Shown: positions 1 through 14,500, counted from the first letter of the stretch. The stretch is DNA of 62,288 bases from Geosiphon pyriformis uo1 (GCA_016748015.1 JAAOMT010000104.1:1-62288), one strand, 5' to 3'. Notes: generated by a model not told the origin, from the sequence alone. Made by a program: numbers and translations.

Positions 1-416
1 TATTCAAGCTCCAGTGTTGATATATCTAGATCACAGCAAACCATTCATTATTACCACTAATACATCAGACCAAGCATTGGAAGCAGTATTGTTGCAAAGA
101 GGACCAGATAAAAGAGAATATCCAATAGTATATACCAGTCAAAACTTGAGTCCAGGAGAAAAAAACTATAAAACATCAGCATTAGAACACTTAGCAATCT
201 ACTGGGCAGTATTGAAATGAAAGGAATACTTAAGCTAAAAATTTAACATATACATGGATCATAAAGAATTGATTTTAATTTAGAAGCAAGAGTTTGGAGA
301 CGATTGCCATGCCAGATGGAAAATAGAACTTTCATTATTTAATTATACAGTATATTACAAAAAAGGAAAAAAAAAATAGAAATGCTAACAGATTATTACA
401 GATGAGACAAATCTAA
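1..416 (+). pseudogene. pol: RNase H end of pol (element A)
   Basis: ORF 14-220 plus a stop-broken continuation ending MRQI-TAA, homologous to X 55624-55962. Confidence 0.85.
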
Positions 417-446
417 AAACATTTTAACTTAAAAATATAACAAAAG

Positions 447-1783
447 ATAAATATACAAAAATACCAACAACTCCAACATTATATAAATACCCAATTGTTT
501 AAGAAGAAATTATCTCAAAAAAAACAAAACAACATAAAACAACAATCAAAATATTTTATTAATCAACTAGAGTAATCAAAAAACCAGAAAAAAAAACCAT
601 ATTGTTTAATATGTACTTAGATCTAACAGTAAGACATTTTTATAAAGAAGCAATCATAGAAAGAACCAAGAAAAAATATTATTGGCTATTTATATATCAA
701 GACATCATTCAATATGTTCAAAATTGTGATGCTTGTTAGAAAAAAAGAGTAACAAAATCCAGTAAACCATTAAAACCAATCAAAGTGGGACAACTATTTG
801 ATCACATTGGAATTAACTTAGTTAGACTATTAACTATAACCAACAGAGGCAACAGATATATTGCAGTAGCCATGAACTATCTCACAAAATGGCCAGAAGC
901 AAAAGCCATTCAAAAAACAGATGCAGAATCCATTGCCAAATTTGTTCATCAAGATTTAATCTGTCGATACAGATGTTCAAAAGAACTATTATTTGACCAA
1001 AGAACTTATTTTGTAAATAGAACATTGGCAGAATTAAGTCAACAATTTAGGATAAAAAAACCATTATTATCATCATATTATCCATAAACCAATAGGTTAG
1101 GAGAAAGATTTAATAGAACATTGTGTAAAGCAATTGCCAAAATCAGCCAAAAAAACCAAAAAGAATGAGATTTGTTTATACCATTAGTATTATTTGCTTA
1201 TCAGACAATGAAGCAAGACACTACATAAGCAATACTATTTGAATTAGTATATGGTAGAACAGCAATATTACCAGTTGAGATAGAAATAGAAACATATCCA
1301 ATAAAACCAATAATAGAAGAAAATTTCCAAAGAACATTGTTGAAAAGAACATATGACTTAATGAAAACACTAAAAAACAAATGGCAAAGAGCAACTGATA
1401 ACATCCAGAAGTCACAAGGAAAACAAAAAAAAAGACATGATAACCAACTACTAGATAAACTAGTTAAATTCAAGATTGGAGACAAAGTACTTCTATATTA
1501 TACCAAAGCAGAGAAACAATGAAATGGAAAATTTGACCCCAAATGAGATGGACCATTTCACATAGAAGAAATTCTTAAAAATAAAGCTTATAAATTAAGA
1601 TAAAACAACAAAATCTTAGCTAAAACAGCATATAGTGATTGATTAAAACCATACCACCATATAGTATCATTATTCACCAATAATATTTTACAACTGGGAG
1701 TACAATGAATACTAGTCTAACCAGATAAAATTCCATAAAATCTGGAATTAATCATAGTTATTGAACCAAACATGTCAAATTAA
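447..1783 (+). pseudogene. Stand-alone integrase ORF of A (start ATG decayed to ATA)
   Basis: Colinear with the X integrase 56025-57406; ORF fragments 785-1087 and 1337-1522. Confidence 0.85.
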
Positions 1784-1837
1784 ACAACCAAAAGAATATA
1801 TAAAGACACAGTATACACAACAAAAGCAACAAAAAAA

Positions 1838-2473
1838 ATGGAAATACCAGACCATATTCACACTTTAGCTCAACAATTGTTTCAGGCTTTAAGTCAACAG
1901 CAAGTAAACATAGAAATTATTACCAACAATTAAACAATCTGTTATCAAAATACTAAACAAAAAAGAAAAAGTACACTATACCAGCAACCACAGAAACAAT
2001 CAATAAATTGGTCAGATAAAATAATAAAGAAAGTAAAAAACACTTTTGAAAAGATAACTATCATAGTTCCAACAGAAGAACTGGTGAAAAAAAATTGGAA
2101 CCAATAGATAGACCAACTTTTAATACCATATTGTTACTACTAATTGGAACAAAAAGTAGATATCTAAAAGTTATATCTTGACAAATCCAAGAGAATTTTT
2201 AATCAAGAGATAATCCAGAATATTGAAGACATTATCAAAAAGAAAACAAACTTGACACTATACATCAGGACTATTTATCAATTACACACTATATTTTAAA
2301 ACTACTCAGAAGTATTGTTACATTCTAAGATGAAAACAATAACCATTAACCAATGGGGAAAAATGAACAATTCACAAATTAAAAAAATAAAGAGTAGAGT
2401 AGAACAGATGCTATTTGAAAAAAAAGTATTAAACATAATTCAAAATAAAAATTTCAATGAAGCTCAATATTAA
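1838..2473 (+). pseudogene. ORF3 of A
   Basis: MEIPDHIHTLAQQLFQAL...NFNEAQY*, homologous to X ORF3, with internal stops. Confidence 0.75.
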
Positions 2474-2486
2474 AAGGAGAAGATAA

Positions 2487-3075
2487 TATTACTTATAAAA
2501 AAAAACAGATATAGAAAATAGTAGACCAATAAGAGAGTAGTAGTTAGCATGTGAACACACTGCTCAATAATATGAAGCAATATCAAAAATTACAGCACAT
2601 CATTTAGCAATGTGGAGCAATATTAGAAATTACGGCACATTGCTTAGCAATGTGAATATTGCTCAAGAAATTATAGCACATTGCTTGAGAATGTGAGCAA
2701 TTTCATAAAACATAAATTAAGTATATATAGTGGTAGCATTAAAAGCAAAAAAGACAGACCTCTTAGTTTAGATTTGATCTAAGCAACTTTTCCATTCACA
2801 AATATTAATAAATAATTATTTACTATCTCAATTTATTTCCTACTATTAATACTTCATGTTAATAGTAATTGATACTTAACTACATTGGAACAATAGCTCT
2901 TGATTATGGCTATTGACAGAATACTAATGTGCAAATTATTTTGGCTTATTTTTTATTTTTTTTTCTTGTTTTATTTTTGTTGTTATTTTGCTAACTTGAT
3001 TAAAAGAAATTATACATGGAGGTATTAATGTTAAGATATAGCACTGGTAAAAGACTTAGGAATAAGGATAGACAC
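2487..3075 (+). repeat. 3' LTR of A (Y-type enhancer), interrupted by V1
   Basis: Starts TATTAC (decayed TGTTAC) after the PPT; homologous to the Y LTR at 28623; carries CACATTGCTYAGCAATGTG repeats at ~2555-2700. Confidence 0.88.
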
Positions 3076-4085
3076 TGTTACTGGAGGTTTTTGGTCTCTT
3101 TTCTTGAATGTTGTAAATGTCTGTTGGTTGCAAATTTACGTTTTCTAGAAGTAGTTAAACCTCTAATAACTGAATTTATCTTCAAATTATCTCCTATAAT
3201 TTGAATTGCTGGACTTATGAATAGAATGGCCAATTCTGTGCCAGTTACTTTGTATAGTTACATTGTAGTAAATATTAACTCTTTCCCAAGAATTGCTTGT
3301 CTGGAAGCTTACTAAAAATGTGTAGCTACTTTGCTGTGAAAGTCAACTCTTCTACAGGAATCTCATCTGTAGGCTACCTTAATGATTGTAATAAGAAAAG
3401 AAAAGAAAAATAAAAGAAATGTAAAAGAAATAGGATTTTATCAAGGGAAACGTTTTCTATCCAGGCCTGGAGTCACTAACAGTTTACTGAAATTGGTAGC
3501 TAATCAATTTCGAAATGTTAGTTGGGTTTTGGGAATTTCCAAGTGCAATAATTAAAGAATTTGGTTTTTTGAATTATTTGATATTTATTTTTTTTTGTGT
3601 GTATAGAAACGGTTCTAAGTGATAAATTTAAAGTAAGATACATTTTTTTGAAGAGAAAAGCTTTTCTTTTATACAACTTGTTATAGTACTAGTCTATGAA
3701 CTTGCACTTTTTCTCTTTGCTCAAATTTTGGCGAACTAAAGATACATTTTGATGGACTACAAGTTATTTTGCTGAACTATTGATTAATTTGGGTGAACTA
3801 TTCATAATTTTGGCGAATTTCTATAAATTTTGGCGAATTTCTTATAAATTTCGGCGAATTTCTGTAAATTTCGGCAAATTTTTGAATGTTACAAAGTTCA
3901 GTGTATTGTGTAATTTGATCATCCTACTTTCTGTTATACTAATTAGATTATTTAATTGAATCGTGATATGTGATAATTGATTAAATAATAAATGATAATT
4001 TGAAATGATATTAATATACTAATTAATTATAGGAATTATAAAGGTAATTTCATGCTAATTAATAGCTAAAATTCTACTGGTAACA
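3076..4085 (-). repeat. 3' LTR of V1
   Basis: Terminal TGTTAC/GTAACA; homologous to 10616-11581 and 15976-17793; ~19-bp AATTTYGGCGAATTTCT repeats at ~3725-3880. Confidence 0.93.
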
Positions 4086-4773
4086 TAATCTTCTCCTCAA
4101 GACTGAGCTCTGTCAAAGTCCAAGCACTATCTGTAATATTGAGATAGTGATCCAAAATAATTGAAGTAATTTGGTCTGAAAATTGTTGAAATTCCAGTTC
4201 TGTGAGTTTGCCAATGTATTGGACTTTCATTGGTTGCAGTATTGGATTTTGTAGAACATTTTTACAAGTATTAAACAAATTATAGAGTCTAAAAGCTGCT
4301 CTAAGTTTGTAGCAAGTGTTTATTGATCCAGCTGCTGTTTTGAATTCATTATAAATTTGTTTTTGTATAGCTTCAGGAGTGAGATTTGTTGTTTCAAGTT
4401 CCAGTTTTCGTTCATAAAGTGTCTTTCCAATGTGAAAGTATTTATAGATAGAGATGTGTTCATTGTTCTGTTCATTGAAAAGTAGTAAAAGTTTTTGTTG
4501 CATTGTAGTATTTGGTGGAATGTCAATAGAGACAATTAAAAAATTTTCTTCCAGTGCTTGCTTCAAAAGTCTTGGTAACCTATTTTCAGAGTTACTTTTT
4601 GTTTTTCTTCTATAAGGGTGATAGTTCTGTGAATGATTTACTACTGGGGCTGTGGTTTCTTTCTGAATGTAATTAATTTGACTTCTATTAATTGTTATGG
4701 ATAAGTCAGGAAGTGTTTTTAAGGCTAATATTAACTTTTGAGATATTTGTTGAATATTTCGGGGAATAATCAT
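4066..4773 (-). CDS. ORF3 of V1, accessory protein of unknown function (235 aa, open)
   Basis: Uninterrupted ORF between IN and the PPT; shares an N-terminal M.IP.NI..(I/L).Q.L and a C-terminal R..(Y/F).LY..F...GK(L/M)T..(E/Q)F motif with the other ORF3s. Confidence 0.75.
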   Translation of the reverse strand: MIIPRNIQQISQKLILALKTLPDLSITINRSQINYIQKETTAPVVNHSQNYHPYRRKTKSNSENRLPRLLKQALEENFLIVSIDIPPNTTMQQKLLLLFNEQNNEHISIYKYFHIGKTLYERKLELETTNLTPEAIQKQIYNEFKTAAGSINTCYKLRAAFRLYNLFNTCKNVLQNPILQPMKVQYIGKLTELEFQQFSDQITSIILDHYLNITDSAWTLTELSLEEKIMLPVEF

Positions 4774-4919
4774 GATAAAATTGACTAATTATAAAAAGGA
4801 AGAATAAAGAAAATTATTTTTGGATATGGAGTTTTTATTTGTTTTTGGGTTTGGGTGTTTTTTTGTAATTATTTACTATTTTTGTCTTTGTGTTTTTATT
4901 AGAGAATTATTGTAAAATT

Positions 4920-6303
4920 TAAGTGTTTAAGTTTGGTTGTTGTTTTATTATAATTATTGATTCTAAATTTCGGGGAATATCTTCAGGATTAATTAAAAGG
5001 GAATGTGTACCAATTTGTGGAATTAATGTTTCAGGATTGTTTCTGGAATGATAGTGTTTCAATTTGTCTCCATGTACAACTTTTGCTAGTATATTGTCAT
5101 CAAGTCTTAACTTGTATGATCTATTGCTTAGAATTTCGTGAATATAAAATGGTCCATCCCATTTGTTTTCAAATTTTCCACTCCATTGTTTTTCAGCCTT
5201 AGTTCTGTGTAAGAGAACTTTATTTTCAACTTTAAATTCGTTGGTAATAGGTGGTAATTTGTTGTTATGTTTTTTTTTTGTTGAGCTTAGGAATGTTCAA
5301 TATAAGTTGCTACTATTCTTTTTTTTTCTTCCAGTGTACTAAGAAGAGTGTAGGCCCTTTTTTGGAGTGTTTCTTGAAAGTTTTCTTCATTGATTGGTTG
5401 CACTGGGTATGTTTCCATTGTGAAATTAATTGGTAATGTTGTTGTCCTTCCATAAGTAAGATCAAATAGTGTGTGTTTCATAGTATCTTGTTTTAGTGTT
5501 CTGTATGCTAGTAACACTAATGGAATAAAGATATCCCATTTCTGCTCAAAGTCTGTTGAGACTTTGGCTAAAAATTCACACAATGTTCTGTTAAAACATT
5601 CTACAAGTCCATTTGTTTGAGGGTAATAAGGTGATGATAGAGGTCTTTTGACATTGAACTGTTCACAAATTTCTTGTATCAAGTTGTTCACAAAATGTGT
5701 TCCTTGATCAGATAAAAGTTCAATTGGGCATTCATGTCTACAAATAATGTCTTCATAGATGAAATTTGCTACTGATTTTGCATCTGCTCTTTGGATGACT
5801 CTAGCTTCAAGCTATTTGATAAGATAATCTACTGCTACTGCAATATAGCAATTTCCTTGGGTTGTAATAGGTAATGGTCCGACTAAATTAATTCCAACTC
5901 TGTCAAAAAGTTGTCCAACTTTGATTGGATTTAAAGGTTCTATAAGGTGAGTTCCTCCTCTTTTTTAACAACTATCACAAGATTCTACATATTGTCAAAT
6001 GTCTTTTTGCATGTAAAGCCAAAAATAATATTCAAGAGTTCTTTGAATTGTTTCATCTCTTTCCAAGTGTGCTGAAGACGGATCTGTATATATGTTGTAT
6101 AAAATTGTTTCTTTTTCATTTTTTTGTATTAATTTAAGTGGTTGGTTTGGGTTTTTGTGATTTTTATAATAGATTTTGTTCTGGTGTATAAAATATTGTT
6201 TTGATTGGTATTGTAAATGATGTTTTTCACTTGGAGACCAGTTTTCTGACATGGTAAGGGTCTCCAAATAATTTTTAAGATTACTGTAATTTCTGAAATC
6301 CAT
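4920..6303 (-). pseudogene. Stand-alone integrase ORF of V1
   Basis: Own ATG at 6303 (MDFRNYSNL); HHCC region, core (YYPQTNGLVE), GPF region; several stops. Confidence 0.88.
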
Positions 6304-6361
6304 TCTTGTTTGGTTATTTTGTTGGTAGGTTGGTAAGTTGTAGTAAAATTTGTTGTTGGTA

Positions 6362-8807
6362 TTAATTTTGTCTCATTCTTAAGAGGCTATCAACGTTGGT
6401 ATGTAGTTTTCTTGGTTTGTGGTGTACAATATATCTGTAGTCTGCTAGGAAGTCATTCCATCAAAACTGTTTGGCACTTTGTTCAGTTTTCTTTTTATTA
6501 AGCTATTTGAAGCCAATGTTGTTTGTTATTATGTCAAATTCTTTTTCATTCTTCAGATATTGTTGAAAATGTTTAAGAGCCCAAATAACTGCAGCAGCTT
6601 CTAATTCAGTTGAGCTGTATTTTAGTTCTGCTGGTTTGAGTGTTCTACTAGCATAGGTGATGACTTGTTCTTGTCTATTTTCATCTAATTGTGATAAGAT
6701 AGCACCAAATGCTATGTGTGAAGCATCAGTGGCTAGTTGAAATTGTTTGTTGAAGTTTGAGTATGCAAAAACTGGAGCTGTTGTCAATCTTGTTTTGAGA
6801 GTTTTAAAAACTTTCTGTTGTTCTTCTGTTCATTTGTATGGCACATTTTTGTTGGTAAGATAATTGAGTGGTTTGGCAATTTCTGAGAATCTTTTGATGA
6901 ATTTTCGATAGTAGGAGGTTAATCCTACAAATTCTCATAGCTCTGTAGTATTTTTGGGAGTTTGGAAGTTTTTGACAGCATTGATTGTTCTAGGGTTTGG
7001 TTTGACTCCGTCTTTGCTTATAATGTGTTCAAGAAAAATTAAGCTTGTTTTACCAAAGTGACATTTTTCAATGTTTAACTTTAATCCTGCTTTCCGTAAT
7101 CATTGAAAAACTTCTTACAGGTAAATAAGATGGGCTTCAAAGCTTGGTGAGTACACATCAGTGTTATCAAGGTAAACAACTACTGATTGCCATAAGAGTT
7201 CTTCATATACAATATCTATGAGTCATTGGAATGTTGCTGGTGCATTGCAGAGTTCAAAAGGTATAACATTGAATTCATAGTTTCCTTCTTGGATGGTGAA
7301 TACTGTTTTGGATCAGTCTTTTGGGTCCATTTCGACTTGCCAATATCCACTTTCTAAGTCTAAAGTTGAGAAAAACTTGAATTTTCCTAGAGCATCTAGC
7401 ATGTCATCAATTCTTGGAAGAGAGTAGACATCTCCAATTGTCACACTGTTCAATTGGCGATAGTCAACACAAAATCTGATTTTTCCATTTTTCTTTTTGA
7501 CAAGAACTACTGGTAAGGCCCAAGAACTTTTTAATGGTTGAATCAATCCGTTATTAAGCATTCTTTGGACTTTTTCTCTGATAAATTGGTGGCTGGCAGG
7601 TGGCACTCGATAAGCTTGTTGACATTTTGGTGAAGCATCTCTTGTATGGATCTGATGTTGAACAATATCTGTTTTTCCCAAGTCATTGTTGTCTTTTGCA
7701 AATATATTTGCAAATTCAGCTATCAATTGTTTCAATTGTCTTTGTTGTTGAGGTTCTAAAGGACCCATGTTGATTTGAGAGAGTTTTTTTTCCAAAATGT
7801 GGTAGTTTTCAGTGGTGGAAATGATATTTGGATTTGGGAGTAGAGTGTGCTTTACAATTTCGATGAAATTAGAGACAATTTGAAGATTTTCATCTTAAAA
7901 GATATTGTTGTGTATGATTCCAATTTCTAATTTGTTTAATAAGACAATAGAGTAATTATTGGGGTTGTAGAATGTAACTCGAAATTTTTTCATTCCTTTG
8001 GGAATATAAACATTTGGAATTGATATTTTATGCTTCAAACAAATTTGTTCATTGGATTCAAAGATTTGTTGGGTAGTAGTGGGTTTTGAGCAAGTGTAAA
8101 TTTCGTGATGTTCACCAAAAGATGAAATGGTAATTGGTTGGGAAAGTTGAAGAATCTGGTAAAATTCATTCTGTGTATTGAGAGCTATGTTTATTGGAAC
8201 TGTAAATCGTCCAGTTGAACCAAAACCTTGTATTCCTCTTTCACTTTTTTCCAATTGTTCTCTGTTGTTAACTAATTGTAGACCCAAAATATTGATTAAG
8301 GGTAGATAAATTGCTTGAGCAATTTTTTCAGCATGTTCAATCTTGATTGGTTTGTCTGTTTTATTCTGTAACATAATGGTAATGTTTTCAGTGTATCCTA
8401 TATCTATAACTCCTCCTTTAACATTAATTTTTTTGCTTGCCAATGATAATCTGGATGCAATTTAAACCATTGCTCCAGGTGGAATTTTAAGAGCAATTTT
8501 AAGATTAATTTTTGTCAAGGACTTTGGTTGAAAAACCAAAGTATCTTTTTCTGGATATCTTAGGTCATATCCAGCATCAATTTCGTGTGCTTTTTCTGGT
8601 CTGATTCCTTGGCCATGGTTGTCAAAATATTTAAGTTGTAAAGGTAGTTGCTTTTCAAGAAGATAGATGAGGGTGGTTGGTAGTTCTTTTACCAGTTTAG
8701 ATACTCCAAATTCGATTTCATTTTCATTATTTTTCTCTGGCAGAGGAATGCTATGAGCATAGCATTCTGGACACCATTTGTCATCACAAAGCATGATGTA
8801 TTTTTCA
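6362..8807 (-). pseudogene. pol: V1 pol fragment: end of Cys-rich domain, dUTPase, dUTPase-like, RT, RNase H
   Basis: DAGYDL, GGVIDIGY, KIAQ, RGIQGFGSTG; RFCVDYRQLN, LDLESGYWQ; LATDAS. Confidence 0.92.
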
Positions 8808-10615
8808 AGATAAGAGTTTAATTAGACATTTATGTCTACAAATAATGTTTTTGTAGATGAAATTTGTTACTGATTTTGCATCTGTTTTTTGAATGGCTCT
8901 GACTTCAAATCATTTGATAAAATAATTTATTGTGACTGTAATATAATAATTTTTTTGGGTTGCAATGAATAGTGATCCGACTAAATTAATTTCAATTTTA
9001 TTAAAAAGTTGTTCAACTTTGATTAAATTTAGAGATTTAATAAGGTGAGTTTTTTTTCTTCTTTTAACAACTATTATATGATTTTATTTATTGTTAAATG
9101 TCTTAGTGCATATGTAATCAGAAATAATGTTCAAGTGTTTTTTGAATTGTATCATTTTTTTTAAGTGTATTAATAAAAAGTCTGTACATGTTGTATAAAA
9201 TAGTTTCTTTTTTATTTTTTTGGCCTAATCTGAGTAGATTTGTTGAATTTTTGTGATTTTAGTAATAAATTTTGTTGTAATAAAATATTGTTTTGCTTGG
9301 TTTTGTAATCAGTGTTTTTTAACTAAAGACCAATGTTTTGATATTTTGAGAGTCTTTAAATAGTTTTTGATATTGTAGTTTTCAGGATCTATTGTTTTAT
9401 TATTAATTTGTTTGTTGAATTGTTGAGTGTTAGTATAAATTCTAATTTTGTTTTATTTTGGAAAGACTATTAATATTTGTGTGTAATTTTTTTGGTTTAT
9501 AGTGCACAATGTATTTGTAATTGGCTAGAAAATTAGTTTATTGGAATTGTTTTATGCTGAGTTTAAAACTTTTTTTATTAAGCTATTTAAGTCTAATATT
9601 ATCAATAATAATGTTAAATTAAAGTCTGTTTTAAAGATATTGTTGAAAGTGTTTAAAAGCCCAAATAATAGTTACTGCTTTTAATTTGGTTGAACCATAT
9701 TTAAGTTTTGTTTGTTTAAAAGTTTTGCTAATATAAGCAATTACTTGTTCATTGCTATTATTATTTAATTGTAATAGAATAGCATTAAAGACTGTATGTA
9801 AAACATTAGTAGCTAACTGAAATCTTTTGCTGAAGTTAGAATAAGCAAGAATTAGAGCCATAATAAGTTTTTTTTTAAAAGTGTCAAATACTTGTTGTTG
9901 AACTTGAGTTTATTGGTATCTAATATTTTTATTGGTTAGGTAATTGAGTGGTTTGACAATTTCAGAAAATTTTTTGATGAACTTTTGATAAAAAGAGGTT
10001 AATTTTACAAATTTTTTTAGTTCTATAATATTTTAGAAAACTTAAAAGTTTTTAACAGCAATAATTATTTCTAAATTGGATTGGACTCTATTTTTTCTAA
10101 CAATTTGCTCCAGGAAAATTAGGCTTGTTTTTTTAAAGTAATATTTTTTGATCTTAAGCTTTAATTCTGTTTTTTGTAATTGTTAAAATATTTTTTACAA
10201 GTAGATCAGATAAGCTTCAAAAGTTGAGGAATAGATATTAGTATTGTTTAAATAAACAACTTTTGATTGCCATAGAAGTTTTTTATAAACAACATCTATT
10301 AGTTATTGAAATGTTGTTGAAGCATTACAAAATTCAAAAAACATAATATTAAACTTGTAGTTTCTTTTTTGTGTAATAAATACTGTTTTAGATTAATTTT
10401 TGAGATCTATTTCAACTTGCCAATATCTGCTTTCTAAGTTTAAAATTAAAAAAAACTTGGCTTTTCCAAAAGCATCTAGCATGTTATTAATTCTTGAAAG
10501 AGAGTATGTATCTTTAATTGACATACTGTTAAGTTGACAATAATTTATACAAAAACTGATCTTATTATTTTTTTTTGACAAGAACTATTAATAAGACTCA
10601 AGAACTTTTTGATAG

Positions 10616-11581
10616 TGTTACCAACTGAAACTTGAGAGATTAATTAACATAATATTACCCTTATAATTTCTACCATTAAATTAGCATATATTATCATTCA
10701 AATTATCACTTATTATTTAATCAAATTATCAAATATTATCAATCAATTAATAATCCAATTTGTACTATAGAAATTAAGATAATCAAATTACACAATACCC
10801 CGAATCATTTAACATTCAAAAGTTTGCCGAAATTTGTAAAAATTTGCCAAAATAATTGATAGTTCACTGAAATATTCAATAGTTCACAAAAATAACTTGT
10901 AGTTTACTGAAATGTAGCTTTAGTTCAGCAAAATTGTAGAAAAGAACAAAGTTCAAGTTCATAGAATAGTGTTATAACAAGTTGTATAAAAAAAGAGCTT
11001 CTCTCTTTGAAAAAATGTATCTTACTTTAGATTTATCACTTAAAACCATTCCTACACACACAAAAAGAAATAAATATCAACTAATTCGAAAAACCAAATT
11101 CTTTAATTATTGCACTTGGAAAATCCCCAAAACCCAACTAATTTTTTGAAATTGATTAGCTACCAATTTCAGTAAACTGTTAGTGACTCCAGGCCTGGAT
11201 AGAAAACGTTTCTCTTGACAGAATTCAATTTTTTTTACTTTTCTTTTACTTTTCTTTTATATTCTTATTATAATCATTAGGGTAGCCTACAGACAAGATT
11301 CCTGTAAAAGAGTTGACTTTTACAGCAAAGTAACTACACAGTTTAGTGAGCTTCCAGACAAGCAATTTCTGGGAAAGAGTTGACGTTTACTACAATGTAA
11401 CTACACAAGTAACTGGCATGGAATTGGTCATTCCATTTATAAGCCCAGCAGTTCAAATTATAGGAGATAATTTGAAGATAAATTCAGTTACTAGAGATTC
11501 AACCACATCCAGAAAATGTGAATTCACAACAAATAGGCATTAACAACATTTAAAAAAAGAGACCAAAAACCTCCAGTAACA
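10616..11581 (+). mobile_element. Solo LTR, V family, inserted antisense in the RT of V2
   Basis: TGTTAC...GTAACA; TSD ATAG/ATGG; the RT sequence resumes across it. Confidence 0.92.
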
Positions 11582-14500
11582 ATGGTTAGATGAGACTATT
11601 GTTAAGTATCTATTGCACTTTTTTTAATAAATTGGTGGCTAGCAAATAAAACTCAATAGACTTGTTAACATTTTGGTAAAACATTTTTTGTGTAAATTTG
11701 ATGCTGTACAATATCAGTTTTTTTGAGATTATTGTTATCTTTGGCAAATATATTAGCATATTTGGTGATTAATTGTTTTAATTGTCTTTGTTATTAGGGT
11801 TCTAAGGGACTCATGTTGATTTAAGAAAGTTTTTTCTCAATAAAGTAATAATTTTTGGTGGTGAAAATGATGTTTAAATTTGATAAAAGGGTGTGTTTTA
11901 CAATTTCAATAAAATTAGAAATGATCTGAAAGATTTCATTTTAAAAAATATTGCTATATATAATTTCTATTTCCAGTCTATTTAATAAAACAATAAAGTA
12001 TTTATTAAGATTGTAAAAAATAACTTGGAATTTTTTCATTTTTTTTAAAATATAGACATTTAGAATTAAGATTTTATGCTTTGTACAGATTTGTTATATA
12101 GTAATAGATTTTGGACAGATATAAATTTCATAATATTTTTCAAAAAATAAAATAATAATTAGTTGAAAAAGTCAAAAAATCTGGTAAAATTTATTCTGTG
12201 TCTTAAGAGTTATGTTTATTAAAACTATAAAATGTTCAGTTGAACCAAAACCTTGAATTTTTCTATTGCTTTTGCCTAATTGTTTTCTTTAATTAACTAG
12301 TTGTAAACCCAAAATGTTAATTAAGAGTAAATAAATTGTTTGGACAATTTTTTTAGTATGCTCAATTTTGAATAATTTATTAGTTTTGTTTTGTAACATA
12401 ATTGTAATATCTTCAATGTATTCTGCATCTATGACTTCTTTTTTAACATTAATTTTTTTATTTGCCAATAATAATTGGAAAGCAATTTGAACTATTGTTT
12501 TTGGTAGAATTTTGAAAGCTATTCTTAAATTAATTTTTTTTAGAAACTTGAATTGAAAAACTAAAGTGTTTTTGTCAGAGTATTATAGATCATATTTAGT
12601 GTTAATTTTGTGGACTTTTCTTGGCTTGATTTTTTGATTATTATTGTTAAAGTATTTAAGTTGTAAAGCTGATTGATTCTTAAACAGATAAATTAGTATG
12701 ATTGTAGTTCTTTCTTTGGTTCAAGTTTTCCAAATTCAATTTTTTTCTGGTTATTTTTGTTAGGCAAAAAAACACTAAGAACATAGTATTTTGAATATTA
12801 TTGGTTGTTAAAAGACATAATACATTTTTCACATAATTAAATATTTATTTGTTCTAATTAGTGAATTTGAGTTTCTTTGGTCAAATAAGTATAACTTGTG
12901 ATTTAGTACTTCTATTTTATCTTCATAGTCAAATTCAGCTAATTTTATTGTGTATTCAATATATTCTGTTTTTTTTATTTGGTAGATATATTTTTGGGTT
13001 TCTCCATTAATCAGAATTATAGTCAGTTTATAGATCATCTTAATATTATATAAATAATAGTAAAATTTATTAAGAATGCTGTTGTAGACTATATTAAAAA
13101 AAATTTTTTGCAGACTTTTTCTGTAATTAATAGAATATATTGACAGATTTGGTTACATATTTTTTTTCTTATTGTAATATTAATCTAGTTGTATTTTTTA
13201 GATAATAATTCTCTACAAGTAAAACAAAAGATATTGTTTTATTTTTCATTTTGTTTGGAATATTCAAATTATTTCTGGTAGCAAATTTTATAGTAATAGC
13301 AAGTACACATTTTATATTTTTTTTCTAGGAATATACAAGCTTCCATTGACAAAAGTTTTTTGTTGTAGTTTTTATATCTAAACAGAATATATAATAGTTG
13401 TTTCTGTGGTTTTGGTTTAGAATAATAGGTAATATTTTATCCTTTGGTTTTTTCAAAAATTTTTTGTTTTGTTTTCTTAATTCAATTAAATGTTAATTTA
13501 AAAGCCATATAGGTTTTGGTGATTGGTACTTCTTTTTCTTTTTCTTTTTCAAACATAAAAGCTTTTTCTGATTACTTATTAAAAATTTCATAAATAACAG
13601 GTACTTTGGTATATTGTCCTTAATATAAAATCTTTAATTTCTGAGTTTTCTAATCTAAATTTGTATTGGTCTTGAGAAACTAATTGTTTTTAACAAAAGC
13701 TTAATATTAGGGTGTATCTATAACTAAAACTTTGATTGGAATAATAATTCTATTGATTGTAAATAAAAAGTTGTTGAATTTTTTTATTGGAGTTTTTTTA
13801 TGCCATTAGCTATAATGATAACTGTTTGGACAGGTTTGTTAATGTTTCATTGTAGTTGTTGTATTAATTAGTAAGTAATAATATTTTCAGTAGATTTACT
13901 ATCTAATATTAATCAAATTAGTTTCTTTTTTAACTTTGGCTTCTGTATATATGACTGTAATTGCTTTTTGTTTTATAATAGTTGTATTGCTGAGTAAAGA
14001 TAATAATTTGTTGACTTCAAATTCGAATAAAAAAATATCAAACAGATTGGTGTTTTGAGCAATTTTGGCTGGTAAAATAGTATTACTAAAAAAATTTTGT
14101 TTTGTTACTACAGTTTTACTTTTAAAAAGTGCAGTTTGTTGAAAATTTGATTTTTTTGACATTGTAAAATAGCTGAATTAAGTATGGTAATATATAGATC
14201 TTTGTTAAATTTAATTTCAAAGAACTAATTAGTTGTTAAAATTGAATCTGTTGTCATTTGTTATAAATCAGTTTTAAAATGCAAATTGGTTTTGTTGAAC
14301 CAATTTTTGAACAAATACTTAATATTGCTGAACTGATAATTATTGATATTGTTGTTAAATAAGTTGTTAAGTAGATTGATAAGAGTTGTTCTAATATTGA
14401 AATCTTGGTGGATAATAAGTTAGTAGTAGAAATTGGTAATAAGATTGCTAAAATTGAAAATAATATTCAATATTTTTTGTTTGTTGTCTTTTTGTATTTT

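Larger units (their letters stand above)
1..3075 (+). mobile_element. Ty3/gypsy LTR retrotransposon A, 3' part (RNase H, integrase, ORF3, PPT, partial 3' LTR)
   Basis: RNase H (FIITTNTSDQALEAVL), integrase (FDHIGINLV..YLTKWPEAKAI, decayed GPF motif), ORF3 homologue, PPT AAAAGGAGAAGATAA then LTR. Cut by the window start and by insertion V1. Confidence 0.92.
3076..8807 (-). mobile_element. Ty3/gypsy V1, 5'-truncated (dUTPase, RT, RH, IN, ORF3, 3' LTR)
   Basis: LTR 3076-4085 (TGTTAC...GTAACA), PPT GAGGAGAAGATTA 4086-4098, pol domains in the ORF track; ends at a junction with V2. Confidence 0.92.
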
